The notes under the pieces were generated by a model that saw only the letters and a list, made by a program, of their open reading frames with translations, was not told where the DNA came from and made no database searches. From NCBI RefSeq assembly GCF_025210605.1, contig NZ_JAOARI010000004.1, forward strand, positions 29,189-93,188: a stretch of 64,000 bases of DNA, in the 5' to 3' direction. Shown piece after piece: positions 47,110 to 56,492 of the stretch. The stretch comes from Halodesulfovibrio sp. Its GTDB lineage: Bacteria > Desulfobacterota > Desulfovibrionia > Desulfovibrionales > Desulfovibrionaceae. Position numbers and translations under genes: made by a program. Within the stretch, counting starts at the first letter, position 1; each line of letters starts with the position of its first letter.

Positions 47110-47544
47110 ACTTTTTGCCGATAGCTTTTGCCTATACGTAAGCAAAGTATTGTTTTGATATTATAATCAAACAATATGTTGTGTTTTCAGAATAAATTAC
47201 GTTATAGACAAAGGTGGTAGGCTTCTTTGTGAAAAATTTCATTTTTCTTGACTCTTACGGCAGGAACTTCCTACAAAAGGTGTATTGTTTTTGCTAAAAA
47301 GTTTCTCTAAGATATGAAATTGACTTGATTTAATTGTGTACCACTGTATTTTGTCAAGCCAGTGCTGTTGTTTTAGTATAGCACAATGTGATTTTTCTCT
47401 GTGTAAAGCAAATTTTTGGGCAACTTCAATGTCTTCACTTTTGTTTTACATTTTTACTCATGTAAAAACAAAATACGTTGGTTTGCAGGTAATCAAGAAG
47501 AACATCAAAAAATAACTTTCTGCAATGCATTGCAGCCATGATAT

Positions 47545-48333
47545 ATGAACGCACATTATTTCACAGCATCAAAAGCTCTTTCAAAGGGTGAAACTGTTTT
47601 TGTAGGTAGGAACGGAGACGACGCGCAGTTGTTAGCGACCATCAATACTACGCTGCCTCCTGCGTACTTTCCTGTTGGAACCGTTTTTTCAGCTAATGGC
47701 AACAGCTCATGTCCATACTTTATGGTTGTTCAGAATGGATATTCTCCAGCACAACATGGAGTTCATTCTGTTGAAGGCATGTGGGTTGAAATGCTCTGCG
47801 ATCTTCAACAAGATTCTTGTGTAGTAGCAGCACACAAAGAAGAACTGAGCCTCGCATGGGTTACACTTTCTGACAAAGGTGCTCGCAAGGAGCGCGTAGA
47901 CGGAAGTGGACCTTTGGTTGAAAAGCTTGTGCGGGAGAAATATTCTCTCGCATATTCTCGAGGGTACATCATTGCTGATGAAGAGTTACAGTTGCGTCAA
48001 TTGCTTTGTGATTTAGCATTGCGGCAGAAGTTTGATCTTATTGTAACAACGGGCGGAACAGGCGTAGCTCCGCGCGATGTTACACCAGAGGCAACCGTTA
48101 AGGTTATCGATCGACGGCTTCAAGGAATGGAGCAGGCAATGATGGCAGCCAGTTTGCAAAAAACACCGAATGCTGTCATTTCGCGTGCAATTGCAGGTAC
48201 TCTCGGAACTTCCTTGATAGTGAATATGCCGGGTAGTACAAAAGCTGTTGCAGAAAATTTGGAAGCGGTTCTCCCAGCATTCGGGCATACTATTGCCAAA
48301 TTGCAGGGGGATCCGGCAGATTGCGGAAACTAG
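47545..48333 (+). CDS. MogA/MoaB-type molybdopterin adenylyltransferase domain protein with ~95-aa unknown N-terminal domain
   Basis: 262 aa. The C-terminal part contains VTLSDKG, LIVTTGGTGVAPRDVTPEAT and NMPGSTKA. Confidence 0.8.
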   Translation: MNAHYFTASKALSKGETVFVGRNGDDAQLLATINTTLPPAYFPVGTVFSANGNSSCPYFMVVQNGYSPAQHGVHSVEGMWVEMLCDLQQDSCVVAAHKEELSLAWVTLSDKGARKERVDGSGPLVEKLVREKYSLAYSRGYIIADEELQLRQLLCDLALRQKFDLIVTTGGTGVAPRDVTPEATVKVIDRRLQGMEQAMMAASLQKTPNAVISRAIAGTLGTSLIVNMPGSTKAVAENLEAVLPAFGHTIAKLQGDPADCGN

Positions 48334-48342
48334 GGAGAATCT

Positions 48343-49671
48343 GTGGTTTTTCAGCATGAGTGTCAGGGGGGCGGGATCGCCTATACAGATGAAAGTTTTT
48401 TTAAGGTTCGACTGTTTGATCTTGTCAGTGCACTAGCCCGTTCATTAGACATGGTGTCGCAAACTCTTGCAGGGCATCATACAAATGTCGGTTTTCTTAC
48501 ATCAAGCATAGCTGGGTGTTACGGCTTGAGTGACGCTGAGTACCGAAATATTGTGCTAGCAGCTATGCTGCATGATATAGGTGCTGTGTCACTGTATCCT
48601 GCCGTTGATTCATTATTGTTTGAAGATGACACGATTAAGCACTCCATCGCTGGTTCGGTCATAATCAGTTCGTCAAAAAAGTTACAAGATATTCCAAAGC
48701 TTGTGGAGCATCATCATACTCCGTGGGAAGAATTGCGTGAGTTGGATAGTTACTATCAACTAAGCAATATTATTAATCTTGCGGATTTTATTGATGTGAA
48801 TACACGTAGAGATCGCCCCGTGCAGGATCAAATACCGGATTTGATTTCGCTGTGTAAAAAACACAAGGGCACAATGTTTAATCCTGATTACATTGAGGCT
48901 CTGCGCGAGGCTGAATCAAAGCCCCATTTTTATCCAAACCTTCGAGCTGCACACGCACAAACAACATTAAATATTTCATCGCAATTTGATGAAGATGTTC
49001 TTGATGCAGACGGTGTGCTGGATTTTACTGGGCTATTTGCGACGGTTATTGATTTCCGTAGTCGATTTACAGCAACGCACTCTCAAGGTGTTGCTGTTAC
49101 ATCGTGCGTGCTTGGTCGCTGGCTCGGCTTCAATGAAATCCAGCAAGTGTTGTTTCAAATAGCAGGGCGGTTGCACGATATCGGAAAGCTGGCAGTTCCT
49201 GCGGCGTTGCTGGAAAAAAATGGTCGATTGACGAGTGAAGAATTTGCCATCATCCAGCGGCATGCAACATATACGGAGCATATTCTGTCTGATATCCCAG
49301 GACTGGAAATTATTCGCGACTGGGCATGCCAGCATCATGAGCGATTAGATGGTACCGGATATCCGCATGGACTTTCTGGTGATGATATTTCGCTTGGCTC
49401 ACGTATTCTTCAGGTTGCAGATGTGTTTACCGCAATTACTGAAGATCGACCATATCGTAAGGGTATGGACTTTGCGCAGGCAACAAAAGTACTCAGGCAG
49501 CTTGGCGATTCTCAAAAGCTTGATCCAGTTGTTGTTGAAGTTCTTATTGAGCGGTATGATGAGATTAATGAACTGCGCTGCAAAGGGCAGATGCAGGCTC
49601 TTGAACATTTTTCTAATTATTCAGAAGTGCTGTATAGTAAATATGGCATTGTTGTTAAGGATGTTTCATGA
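48343..49671 (+). CDS. HD-GYP-domain protein (probable c-di-GMP phosphodiesterase) with a second, divergent N-terminal HD-like domain
   Basis: GTG at 48343, after GGGAGA. The C-terminal domain contains RLHDIGKLAVP and QHHERLDGTGYPHGL. The N-terminal half contains MLHDIGAV and EHHHTPWE. Confidence 0.88.
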   Translation: MVFQHECQGGGIAYTDESFFKVRLFDLVSALARSLDMVSQTLAGHHTNVGFLTSSIAGCYGLSDAEYRNIVLAAMLHDIGAVSLYPAVDSLLFEDDTIKHSIAGSVIISSSKKLQDIPKLVEHHHTPWEELRELDSYYQLSNIINLADFIDVNTRRDRPVQDQIPDLISLCKKHKGTMFNPDYIEALREAESKPHFYPNLRAAHAQTTLNISSQFDEDVLDADGVLDFTGLFATVIDFRSRFTATHSQGVAVTSCVLGRWLGFNEIQQVLFQIAGRLHDIGKLAVPAALLEKNGRLTSEEFAIIQRHATYTEHILSDIPGLEIIRDWACQHHERLDGTGYPHGLSGDDISLGSRILQVADVFTAITEDRPYRKGMDFAQATKVLRQLGDSQKLDPVVVEVLIERYDEINELRCKGQMQALEHFSNYSEVLYSKYGIVVKDVS

Positions 49672-50537
49672 TTTCGGCTTCTACTCTTTTTGCTAAGTTT
49701 GGTGCTGTGTGCCGAATGGTTAAGATTGAGCACTCTATTTTTGCACTGCCGTTTGCATACCTCGGGCAGTTTATCGCGGCTGGCGGGATTCCTTCCTTGA
49801 AGCCGTTTTTGCTGCTTACTGTGGCAATGGTTGCGATTCGTTCCGTAGCAATGGCGTTCAATAGAGTTATTGATCTTCCGTTTGATTCTAAAAATCCGCG
49901 TACGCAACAGCGACCGCTTGTAACTGGTGAAATTACACCAATGCAGACATGGTTTTTTATTGCGGTGATGGCTGCAATTTTTGTTGTTGCGTGTTTCTTT
50001 ATAAATGAACTCAGCTTTATGCTGTCTCCAGTAGCGTTGTTTGTGGCTGTGTTTTATAGCTTGCTCAAACGTTTTACATGGCTTTGCCATTTCTGGCTCG
50101 GTGCAGTGCTTGCTTTGTCACCGTTGGCAGGCTGGATAAGTGTTGACCCGCAATTTACTGTTCCGGCAGTACTTTTTGCATGGGGTATTTTATTCTGGGT
50201 TGCAGGGTTTGATATTATCTATTCATGTCAGGATATGGGCTATGACCGCACTGCGGGGCTGCACTCCGTTCCTGCACATTTTGGGCTTGAATCTGCATTG
50301 GTAATCTCTTCATTCTGCCATGTTGTGACAGCAATAATGTTTCTTATGGGAGGCTGGGCAGCAGGGCTTGGTTGGGCATATTTCGCCGTGTGGGCTGTTG
50401 TTTCCGGCGTGTTGTTCTGGGAACACTGCATCATCAGTGCTGATGATATGAGCCGGGTTAATATGGCGTTTTTTACCATGAACGGTTTTATTTCAGTTCT
50501 GCTGTTTGCTGGTGCTCTTGCTGGTATTTTTTATTAG
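49668..50537 (+). CDS. UbiA-family aromatic prenyltransferase (quinone biosynthesis)
   Basis: 289-aa polytopic protein. Contains NRVIDLPFDSKNPRTQQRPL and a second Asp-rich region DIIYSCQDMGYD. ATGA overlap with the HD-GYP stop. Confidence 0.85.
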   Translation: MISASTLFAKFGAVCRMVKIEHSIFALPFAYLGQFIAAGGIPSLKPFLLLTVAMVAIRSVAMAFNRVIDLPFDSKNPRTQQRPLVTGEITPMQTWFFIAVMAAIFVVACFFINELSFMLSPVALFVAVFYSLLKRFTWLCHFWLGAVLALSPLAGWISVDPQFTVPAVLFAWGILFWVAGFDIIYSCQDMGYDRTAGLHSVPAHFGLESALVISSFCHVVTAIMFLMGGWAAGLGWAYFAVWAVVSGVLFWEHCIISADDMSRVNMAFFTMNGFISVLLFAGALAGIFY

Positions 50538-50557
50538 CAGACTTAATTGATACAACG

Positions 50558-50597
50558 AAAAAGGGAGAGGCTGATTTTCAGCTTCTCCCTTTTTTTA
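50558..50597. terminator. Bidirectional intrinsic terminator
   Basis: AAAAA-GGGAGAGGCTGA-TTT-TCAGCTTCTCCC-TTTTTTT. It lies between convergent genes ending at 50537 and 50595. Confidence 0.85.
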
Positions 50598-52121
50598 TTT
50601 CGTGACCGATAATAACACTGGCTGGTTTGTGTCCGGTAGCAATATTCCCCCAAGGTTCAAAATCCATGGAAAGAAGACGTCATGGGATAGAGATGAACCT
50701 ACGTGCTTCTTAAGCGTATCAACTGTTGTTTCGTTAAGTTTGCGATAATCATCTGAATACCAGATAAAAAACGGGACGTTTCGCTGTTCGGGTGCTAGCG
50801 CGTTTCCGTGCCCAAACCGTCCCTCTTCTCCAAGCGATTCGCCGTGGTCAGAGCTATAGATAACGACTGCATTTTTATCTCTGACGAGTTCGATAATAGA
50901 TGCAAGAAAGCTGTCTGTCGCAAGGATGCTGTTATCGTAAGCGTTGCTGACTTGTTGAGGTTGCATTTTCTCGTCATATGCATCCGGTAAGAATTTTTTG
51001 AATTCCTCAGGATATCGCGCAGCATAGTTTGCATGGCTGCCACGAGTGTGCAGTGTTATTGCCTGATTGTGTTGTGCATTTGCTACAAGTGTTTCTTGAA
51101 GAGGCGTAAGAAGCATTGCATCATAAAACTCGCCATACGAAACGTTACCCAGTGAGTTTCTGAAAATGCTATTGTCTACATCACCAATAGCTTTTGTCGT
51201 TGGAGTATCATTACTATTGAAACGGTCATTAGCTGATATCCAAGTCGTCTTGAATCCATGTTTTTTGAATAGCCCGAGGTAAGAACTCATAGTGGATTCA
51301 GGATGCTGACTGGTTGCTGGTGTAATCATCGCTGGAACTGAAAGGCGAGTGTATGCCGCAAACGATTGAATTCCCCCAAAGTTGATGAGATTTTTTTCTT
51401 TTATCAATTTAGGGGTGGTTTCTCGCGGGTATCCGTTTATTTGAAAACGGTCAGCGCGGGCAGATTCGCCGATGACAACAATAATGTGCAACGGCTTCTT
51501 TTGAGGAATAAAAATAGAAGGCAGCTTGGCACTGCTTTCGCGTTCACCCTGCGTAAGGTTTTCGAAATATTGTCCAGAAAATTCAGCAATACAGGTTATA
51601 ACTGAATACGGAAAGATATACTTGGTTGCTGTAATAGGGCGAACAACCCGTACATGCGGGTTTTTTTTATATTTGCCCAACAAAAAAGTTGTAGGCAGCA
51701 AGACAATGAAAAGGATTGCGACGACCTTACCATTAAATTTCCCTGAAGAATGTTTTAACAGGTAGGTAAGGATGCTTGTAAGTAATAGGGCGATTGCGCC
51801 AAATATGATGAGTTCTGTTGTTATGAACTCACCAGCTTCGCCTGTAGTTGTCTCTAGCAAAAGAAAAAGAAGTTCTTTGTCTATTTTTATGCGATAAACA
51901 CCATAAAAGTAGCTTGTGATGGCGCTTGCAAAAAAGATGGGTGGAATTGTGTACACCGCAAGTTTGCGTATGTGGCAAACCAAATACATAACGAAGAAAT
52001 TAAACAGAAGCAGATACGCAACAGCTGGAAGTAAGTAGGCAATTGGAAGTCTTACAATGTCTGGAAGCATTAAGACTGAGAAGAGGAATGAGAGCAACGC
52101 TGCTAAGTTCATTTTTTTCAA
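50595..52121 (-). CDS. Phosphoethanolamine transferase (EptA/sulfatase family)
   Basis: 508 aa with 5 N-terminal TM helices plus a periplasmic sulfatase-like domain (VVIGESARADRFQINGYPRETTPKL and YSSDHGESLGE). Confidence 0.75.
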   Translation of the reverse strand: MKKMNLAALLSFLFSVLMLPDIVRLPIAYLLPAVAYLLLFNFFVMYLVCHIRKLAVYTIPPIFFASAITSYFYGVYRIKIDKELLFLLLETTTGEAGEFITTELIIFGAIALLLTSILTYLLKHSSGKFNGKVVAILFIVLLPTTFLLGKYKKNPHVRVVRPITATKYIFPYSVITCIAEFSGQYFENLTQGERESSAKLPSIFIPQKKPLHIIVVIGESARADRFQINGYPRETTPKLIKEKNLINFGGIQSFAAYTRLSVPAMITPATSQHPESTMSSYLGLFKKHGFKTTWISANDRFNSNDTPTTKAIGDVDNSIFRNSLGNVSYGEFYDAMLLTPLQETLVANAQHNQAITLHTRGSHANYAARYPEEFKKFLPDAYDEKMQPQQVSNAYDNSILATDSFLASIIELVRDKNAVVIYSSDHGESLGEEGRFGHGNALAPEQRNVPFFIWYSDDYRKLNETTVDTLKKHVGSSLSHDVFFPWILNLGGILLPDTNQPVLLSVTK

Positions 52122-52270
52122 CGCATGACTCCTGAATGGATGATGTCAAAAAAGTGAAAGTTGAGTGTCAATTAGAACTTTGCAGATATGCCAGCTACAG
52201 GCAAAAAAAACAACCCCTCACTCTTGAAAAGTAAGGGGTTGCATTATTTTTGAATAAAGAACGGAAGTTG

Positions 52271-53506
52271 TTAGCCCGCTGCGAGCAGTTTTCCTTCAAT
52301 AAAGTCTGTAACTACAGCAACAGGAGCATTTACTGTAATGCCTTTAACAAGAGAAATGTGTTTCTCTTTCAATGCATCACATGTGTCCTGTGGTACATCC
52401 TTCGCTAATACATAACCTGTATCAAGACGTTCAAGGAAAGAAGCAGTGGCTTTTGCTTCGTGTTTAGGAGCATCTACTGTTTCTGTAGAAACGATTTTCT
52501 TGGTTTCAGCATCAGCAGTGGCAATGACATATTGTTCAGCAAGATGCATGGAAGGCGCCAATGTTCCTTTAGCCACAGGCAGAGCAACTTTAATAGTGCC
52601 TTTGTGTGGTGGCAGTACTGGATGCAGCTTGTGGGAAGGAGCAGCGCCATCATCAAGCATGAGGATCGGCTTGATGATTTTTTGAATGCTTTGTGCAGTC
52701 GGGCTTTCTTTTTGAACAGAAAGGAATGCATAACCTTCGTCACCGGAACGAACAATTTCCGGATCAAGTGGAATGTCACCAAGGAAGCGTACGCCTACTT
52801 CTTTAGCAAGATCTTTACCGCCGCCTTTGCCGAAAATGTTTTCTACATTACCGCACTGTGAACACACAACGCCGCTCATGTTTTCGACAATACCCAGAAC
52901 CTGATTGCCTACGTCGCCTACAAAGGTAACGGAACGACGAACGTCGTCAATAGCAACACCCTGAGGTGTTGTTACAATAACAGCCTGTGCATCATTACCA
53001 AGTAGCTGCATAACAGAAAGTGGTTCGTCACCTGTTCCTGGAGGGCAGTCAACAACCATGTAGTCAAGGTCGCCCCATACAACATCAGAAAGTAACTGTT
53101 TGATGAAGCCCATTTTTACCGGACCACGCCAAACAACAGGCTGGTAGGAGTTAGGGAGCAAGAAGCCAAGGGACATAACGGAGAGGTTTTCGCTCCATGT
53201 CACAGGCTCGATGAAAGATTCTTCAATATGAACTTTGGAGTCGCGCATGCTTAAAAGGCGTGGCACGCTTGGGCCGTGTACGTCGACATCAAGTAAGCCG
53301 ACTTTTTTACCTGCAAGAGAAAGCCCGATAGCAATATTGGTGGCAACGGTACTTTTACCAACGCCGCCTTTACCGGACATAACAACAATTTTATGTTTAA
53401 TACGGCTTATAGTACGGTGCATACGTGCTTCGCCAGCATCCAGTTCAGTAGGTGCTCCGCCGCATGATCCAGAAGAGCAGCTACCGCTGTTGCAGTCAGA
53501 ACTCAT
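52271..53506 (-). CDS. Mrp/NBP35-type Fe-S cluster carrier ATPase fused to a NifX/NifB-C-like domain
   Basis: ATG at 53506, after GGAGA. Contains Walker A SGKGGVGKST, CPPGTGDE and CSQCG. The C-terminal ~125 aa (IKVALPVAKGTLAPSMHLAEQYVIATADAE...) look like the FeMo-cofactor-binding-type domain. Confidence 0.8.
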   Translation of the reverse strand: MSSDCNSGSCSSGSCGGAPTELDAGEARMHRTISRIKHKIVVMSGKGGVGKSTVATNIAIGLSLAGKKVGLLDVDVHGPSVPRLLSMRDSKVHIEESFIEPVTWSENLSVMSLGFLLPNSYQPVVWRGPVKMGFIKQLLSDVVWGDLDYMVVDCPPGTGDEPLSVMQLLGNDAQAVIVTTPQGVAIDDVRRSVTFVGDVGNQVLGIVENMSGVVCSQCGNVENIFGKGGGKDLAKEVGVRFLGDIPLDPEIVRSGDEGYAFLSVQKESPTAQSIQKIIKPILMLDDGAAPSHKLHPVLPPHKGTIKVALPVAKGTLAPSMHLAEQYVIATADAETKKIVSTETVDAPKHEAKATASFLERLDTGYVLAKDVPQDTCDALKEKHISLVKGITVNAPVAVVTDFIEGKLLAAG

Positions 53507-53692
53507 GATGGTCTCCAAACAGTTGGCTAGTGCCGCGTTGTAAAAATCAGCCTGTCAGGTGCGGCAGTTAATAGAGGCAGACTGTGTATAATCGAAGTAT
53601 AATGTCAGTAGTCACTAACGTGAGGGTTGTCTAGAGGCTACTGTGTTTTTTATTTTTCAGCAGTTTGATTTCAGATACTTATCTAAGATTTT

Positions 53693-53724
53693 TATGAAAA
53701 AAAAGCCCCCGAAATACGGGGGCA
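53693..53724 (-). terminator. Intrinsic terminator after hypB
   Basis: On the minus strand GCCCCCG-TATTT-CGGGGGC is followed by TTTTTTTT. Confidence 0.85.
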
Positions 53725-53753
53725 TTTGTATGTACAATTTTTGTATCGACTAA

Positions 53754-54419
53754 TTACTTCTGCTTTGCAGCGTGTGCTTCGCGAAGCCAGTTGTACCATG
53801 TATCAAGACCATCGCTGGTGGTGCAGGATGTCTGGAATACTGGCATGTCTTTATTTAACTGGGTGGCAAATTTAATGGCACGTTCAACATCAAACTGAAC
53901 GTATGGAAGTAAATCGCACTTGTTAAGAATCATCGCTGAAGATTTTTCAAACAGGGCAGGATATTTTTCCGGCTTGTCGTCACCTTCCGGTACGCTGAGA
54001 AGCGCAACTTTAAAGTCTTCGCCGCAGTCGAATTCTACCGGACATACAAGGTTACCGACGTTTTCGATAAAGAGAATGTCAATTTCATCCAGATCAAAAT
54101 TAGCCAGTGCAGCAGTAATCATATTACTGTCGAGATGGCAACCGCCATCTGTATTGATTTGAACAGCTTTGGCTCCAGTTTCGGCAACTCTGCGAGCATC
54201 ATTGTCTGTCTGGCAGTCACCTTCAATAACAGCCATTGTAAATTCATTTTTAAGGTCTGTGAGAGTGCGTTCAAGAATAGAAGTTTTTCCGGCACCCGGT
54301 GAACTGATGAGGTTAAGAACAAGAATGCCGTGTTTAGCAAAAAGTTCTTTTAAATTTACTGCTATTTTATCGTTTGCTTCAAGTATGTTGCGTACTACTG
54401 GGATTTCCATGTGGGTCAC
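53754..54419 (-). CDS. hypB: Hydrogenase nickel-incorporation GTPase
   Basis: 221 aa. Contains SSPGAGKTSILE, CHLD and LNKCDL. It has no His-rich N-terminus. Confidence 0.92.
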   Translation of the reverse strand: MTHMEIPVVRNILEANDKIAVNLKELFAKHGILVLNLISSPGAGKTSILERTLTDLKNEFTMAVIEGDCQTDNDARRVAETGAKAVQINTDGGCHLDSNMITAALANFDLDEIDILFIENVGNLVCPVEFDCGEDFKVALLSVPEGDDKPEKYPALFEKSSAMILNKCDLLPYVQFDVERAIKFATQLNKDMPVFQTSCTTSDGLDTWYNWLREAHAAKQK

Positions 54420-54773
54420 TTACTCCGCTTCAAGATGATCTACGTAAAGTTCTTTTCCTGTGAGCACTGTGTGCCCGAATAAATTTTCGCACGACGGACA
54501 CGGCATATAGAAAAGATCTGTCCCTTCCGGCGTAAACTCTGTAGAGCATTCACCGCAAGTGACAGTCACAGGAATTTCTTTAAGTTCCAGCTCAGCGCCA
54601 TCTAACGAGGTCTCTTTTGTTTGTACTTCAAATGCAAACTCAAGTGCATCTGGCACAAGGTTTGTTAATTTGCCGTAACAAACGCGAACCATCAGTAATT
54701 TAGAGGCATTATGCTTCGCCATCTCTTCCTTGACGATATCAATTAGACTTGCTGCTATTGCCATTTCATGCAT
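54420..54773 (-). CDS. hypA: Hydrogenase nickel-insertion protein
   Basis: MHEMAIAASLIDIV... with CGEC...CPSC zinc-site motifs. The start is taken at the conserved MHE, and no strong RBS precedes it. Confidence 0.88.
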   Translation of the reverse strand: MHEMAIAASLIDIVKEEMAKHNASKLLMVRVCYGKLTNLVPDALEFAFEVQTKETSLDGAELELKEIPVTVTCGECSTEFTPEGTDLFYMPCPSCENLFGHTVLTGKELYVDHLEAE

Positions 54774-54916
54774 TTCAGAAACGTAAAGCAAAAGATACTA
54801 AGCGTCCACAATGTTTTTTAAATACTAGTTTGATGTCCTAACATACTGTTTTCAACATAAAAAGCGTATGATAGGGTGCGTGCTACAGTATATGTTCATA
54901 ATATTGGGGGCAATAT

Positions 54917-55636
54917 ATGAAAGAAGGCGTATATCACACGTCATCCAGTCTTTGGATTGGTGCCGGTGCAACAAGAAGAAAAAGTATTTCAAAGAGATAC
55001 TGGTTTGCACGTACGGGGCCGGAAGGGTATATCGAAGTTCAGCTGCTTACAAGTAACCTGACTCCTATAGGTGACAAACGGCTGATTGAGTATGATGAGT
55101 TTGAAGATGAATATGTTTTTGAACCTGGTTTGCTTGCGCTTGAAGTTCAATCAACATCTATCGGCAGCGATAATGAAGTTATTGAATTGCTCAAGTTTGA
55201 ACCGGATGATGGTACATCATCCACTGGGCGTAAGAAAACACCTCTTCACCATGAAGAGCGGGAAGCAACTGAGCAATTTGATAAAGGCATGAGCCTGCTG
55301 AGTGGCGGGTATGCAAAGCAGGGACGCAAGATTCTGCTTGCTGTACCTGAGAAAAATGTGAACTGGAAAAAGAGGCATAAGCACCTCTTTAATGGTTTTG
55401 GAACGCAGTTACGTAAGCAGCGTGAGCCGGAAATAGCATTAAAACATTACTTGAAAGCTGTTGAGCTTTCTCCTAATGATGACCACTTGTGCTATAATGT
55501 TGCCCGTGTGTATTATGATTTGCGAAAGATGGCTGATTGCAAACGATGGTTGAACCGTGCTCTTGTTGCAAACCCGAAATTAGAGCCAGCGCAAAAATTT
55601 CTGCGTGCGATAACGAGCAGGTCGCAATTACGATAA
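54917..55636 (+). CDS. Hypothetical protein with C-terminal TPR-like repeats (paralog A)
   Basis: 239 aa. The C-terminus HKHLFNGFGTQLRKQREPEIALKHYLKAVELSPNDDHLCYNVARVYYDLRKMADCKRWLNRAL aligns by eye with the next gene. Confidence 0.65.
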   Translation: MKEGVYHTSSSLWIGAGATRRKSISKRYWFARTGPEGYIEVQLLTSNLTPIGDKRLIEYDEFEDEYVFEPGLLALEVQSTSIGSDNEVIELLKFEPDDGTSSTGRKKTPLHHEEREATEQFDKGMSLLSGGYAKQGRKILLAVPEKNVNWKKRHKHLFNGFGTQLRKQREPEIALKHYLKAVELSPNDDHLCYNVARVYYDLRKMADCKRWLNRALVANPKLEPAQKFLRAITSRSQLR

Positions 55637-55661
55637 TTTGAACGTCAGTAGGAAGTACGTT

Positions 55662-56465
55662 GTGTTGCATTTAGAATATAAAGGTGTGTATTCAACTTTT
55701 GAATATGAGCAGAACTCTGCGCCAGCAGAACAGACTAAGCGTAACTGGCTAGTATGGTTTACAGATAACGATACGGTCATGATCCAAGCTTTGTCTGTCC
55801 AAAATACAGTTGCAGGTCAACAGTACCGCCTGCGCATTGAAGACTTTATTCACAGGTTTGTAGAAGAGCCGGAGGTGCTGCTGCCGCCGCAGGTTCTTGC
55901 ACACGCCCATCTTGTGGAACACGAGGCACGTTCTTTGCCGGATGAGCCATACAAGTTTGTGCTTAAAGATAAGTACGGTAGTGAAGTAACTCCTGAGCTT
56001 GTATCTTCTTCAGAAGCGTTGGAAATTGCGCGTAAAGAAGCCGAAAGGTTTGCTGAAGAGCAGAAAACACCTGAGAATGTATCCAAAAATTTGAAAGCAA
56101 GTTTTGAAGAAGCATTGGTTGCGTTGGAAAACGGTGATAGACGTAATGCTCTTAAGGTGCTGACAAAACTTGCTGAATCTAAAGAAGGCATTGTTCCTGA
56201 GCATAAGCATGTTTTTGCGGACTTTGGTTCTAATTTACGAAAACAGAAACTTCCTGCTGCGGCGTTGCAGCATCAGTTACGCGTAGTGGAATTGAGTCCG
56301 GATGATGACCATGCCTTATTTAATGTTGCCCGAGTGTATTATGACATGGGTGACTTTGGTAATACTATCCGTTACTTGAATCGTGCTATTTCACTCAACA
56401 AAAATTTACGCCCTGCAAAACTCTTTCTTGAGTATGTGCGTAGTGAGAGACGCTCCGGTAGATAG
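55662..56465 (+). CDS. Hypothetical protein with C-terminal TPR-like repeats (paralog B)
   Basis: GTG at 55662, 6 nt after AGGAAG; the longest ORF starts with TTG at 55638. The C-terminus reads HKHVFADFGSNLRKQKLPAAALQHQLRVVELSPDDDHALFNVARVYYDMGDFGNTIRYLNRAI. Confidence 0.65.
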   Translation: MLHLEYKGVYSTFEYEQNSAPAEQTKRNWLVWFTDNDTVMIQALSVQNTVAGQQYRLRIEDFIHRFVEEPEVLLPPQVLAHAHLVEHEARSLPDEPYKFVLKDKYGSEVTPELVSSSEALEIARKEAERFAEEQKTPENVSKNLKASFEEALVALENGDRRNALKVLTKLAESKEGIVPEHKHVFADFGSNLRKQKLPAAALQHQLRVVELSPDDDHALFNVARVYYDMGDFGNTIRYLNRAISLNKNLRPAKLFLEYVRSERRSGR

Positions 56466-56492
56466 AATGCGTGAATATTGACGGGAGGGTGC

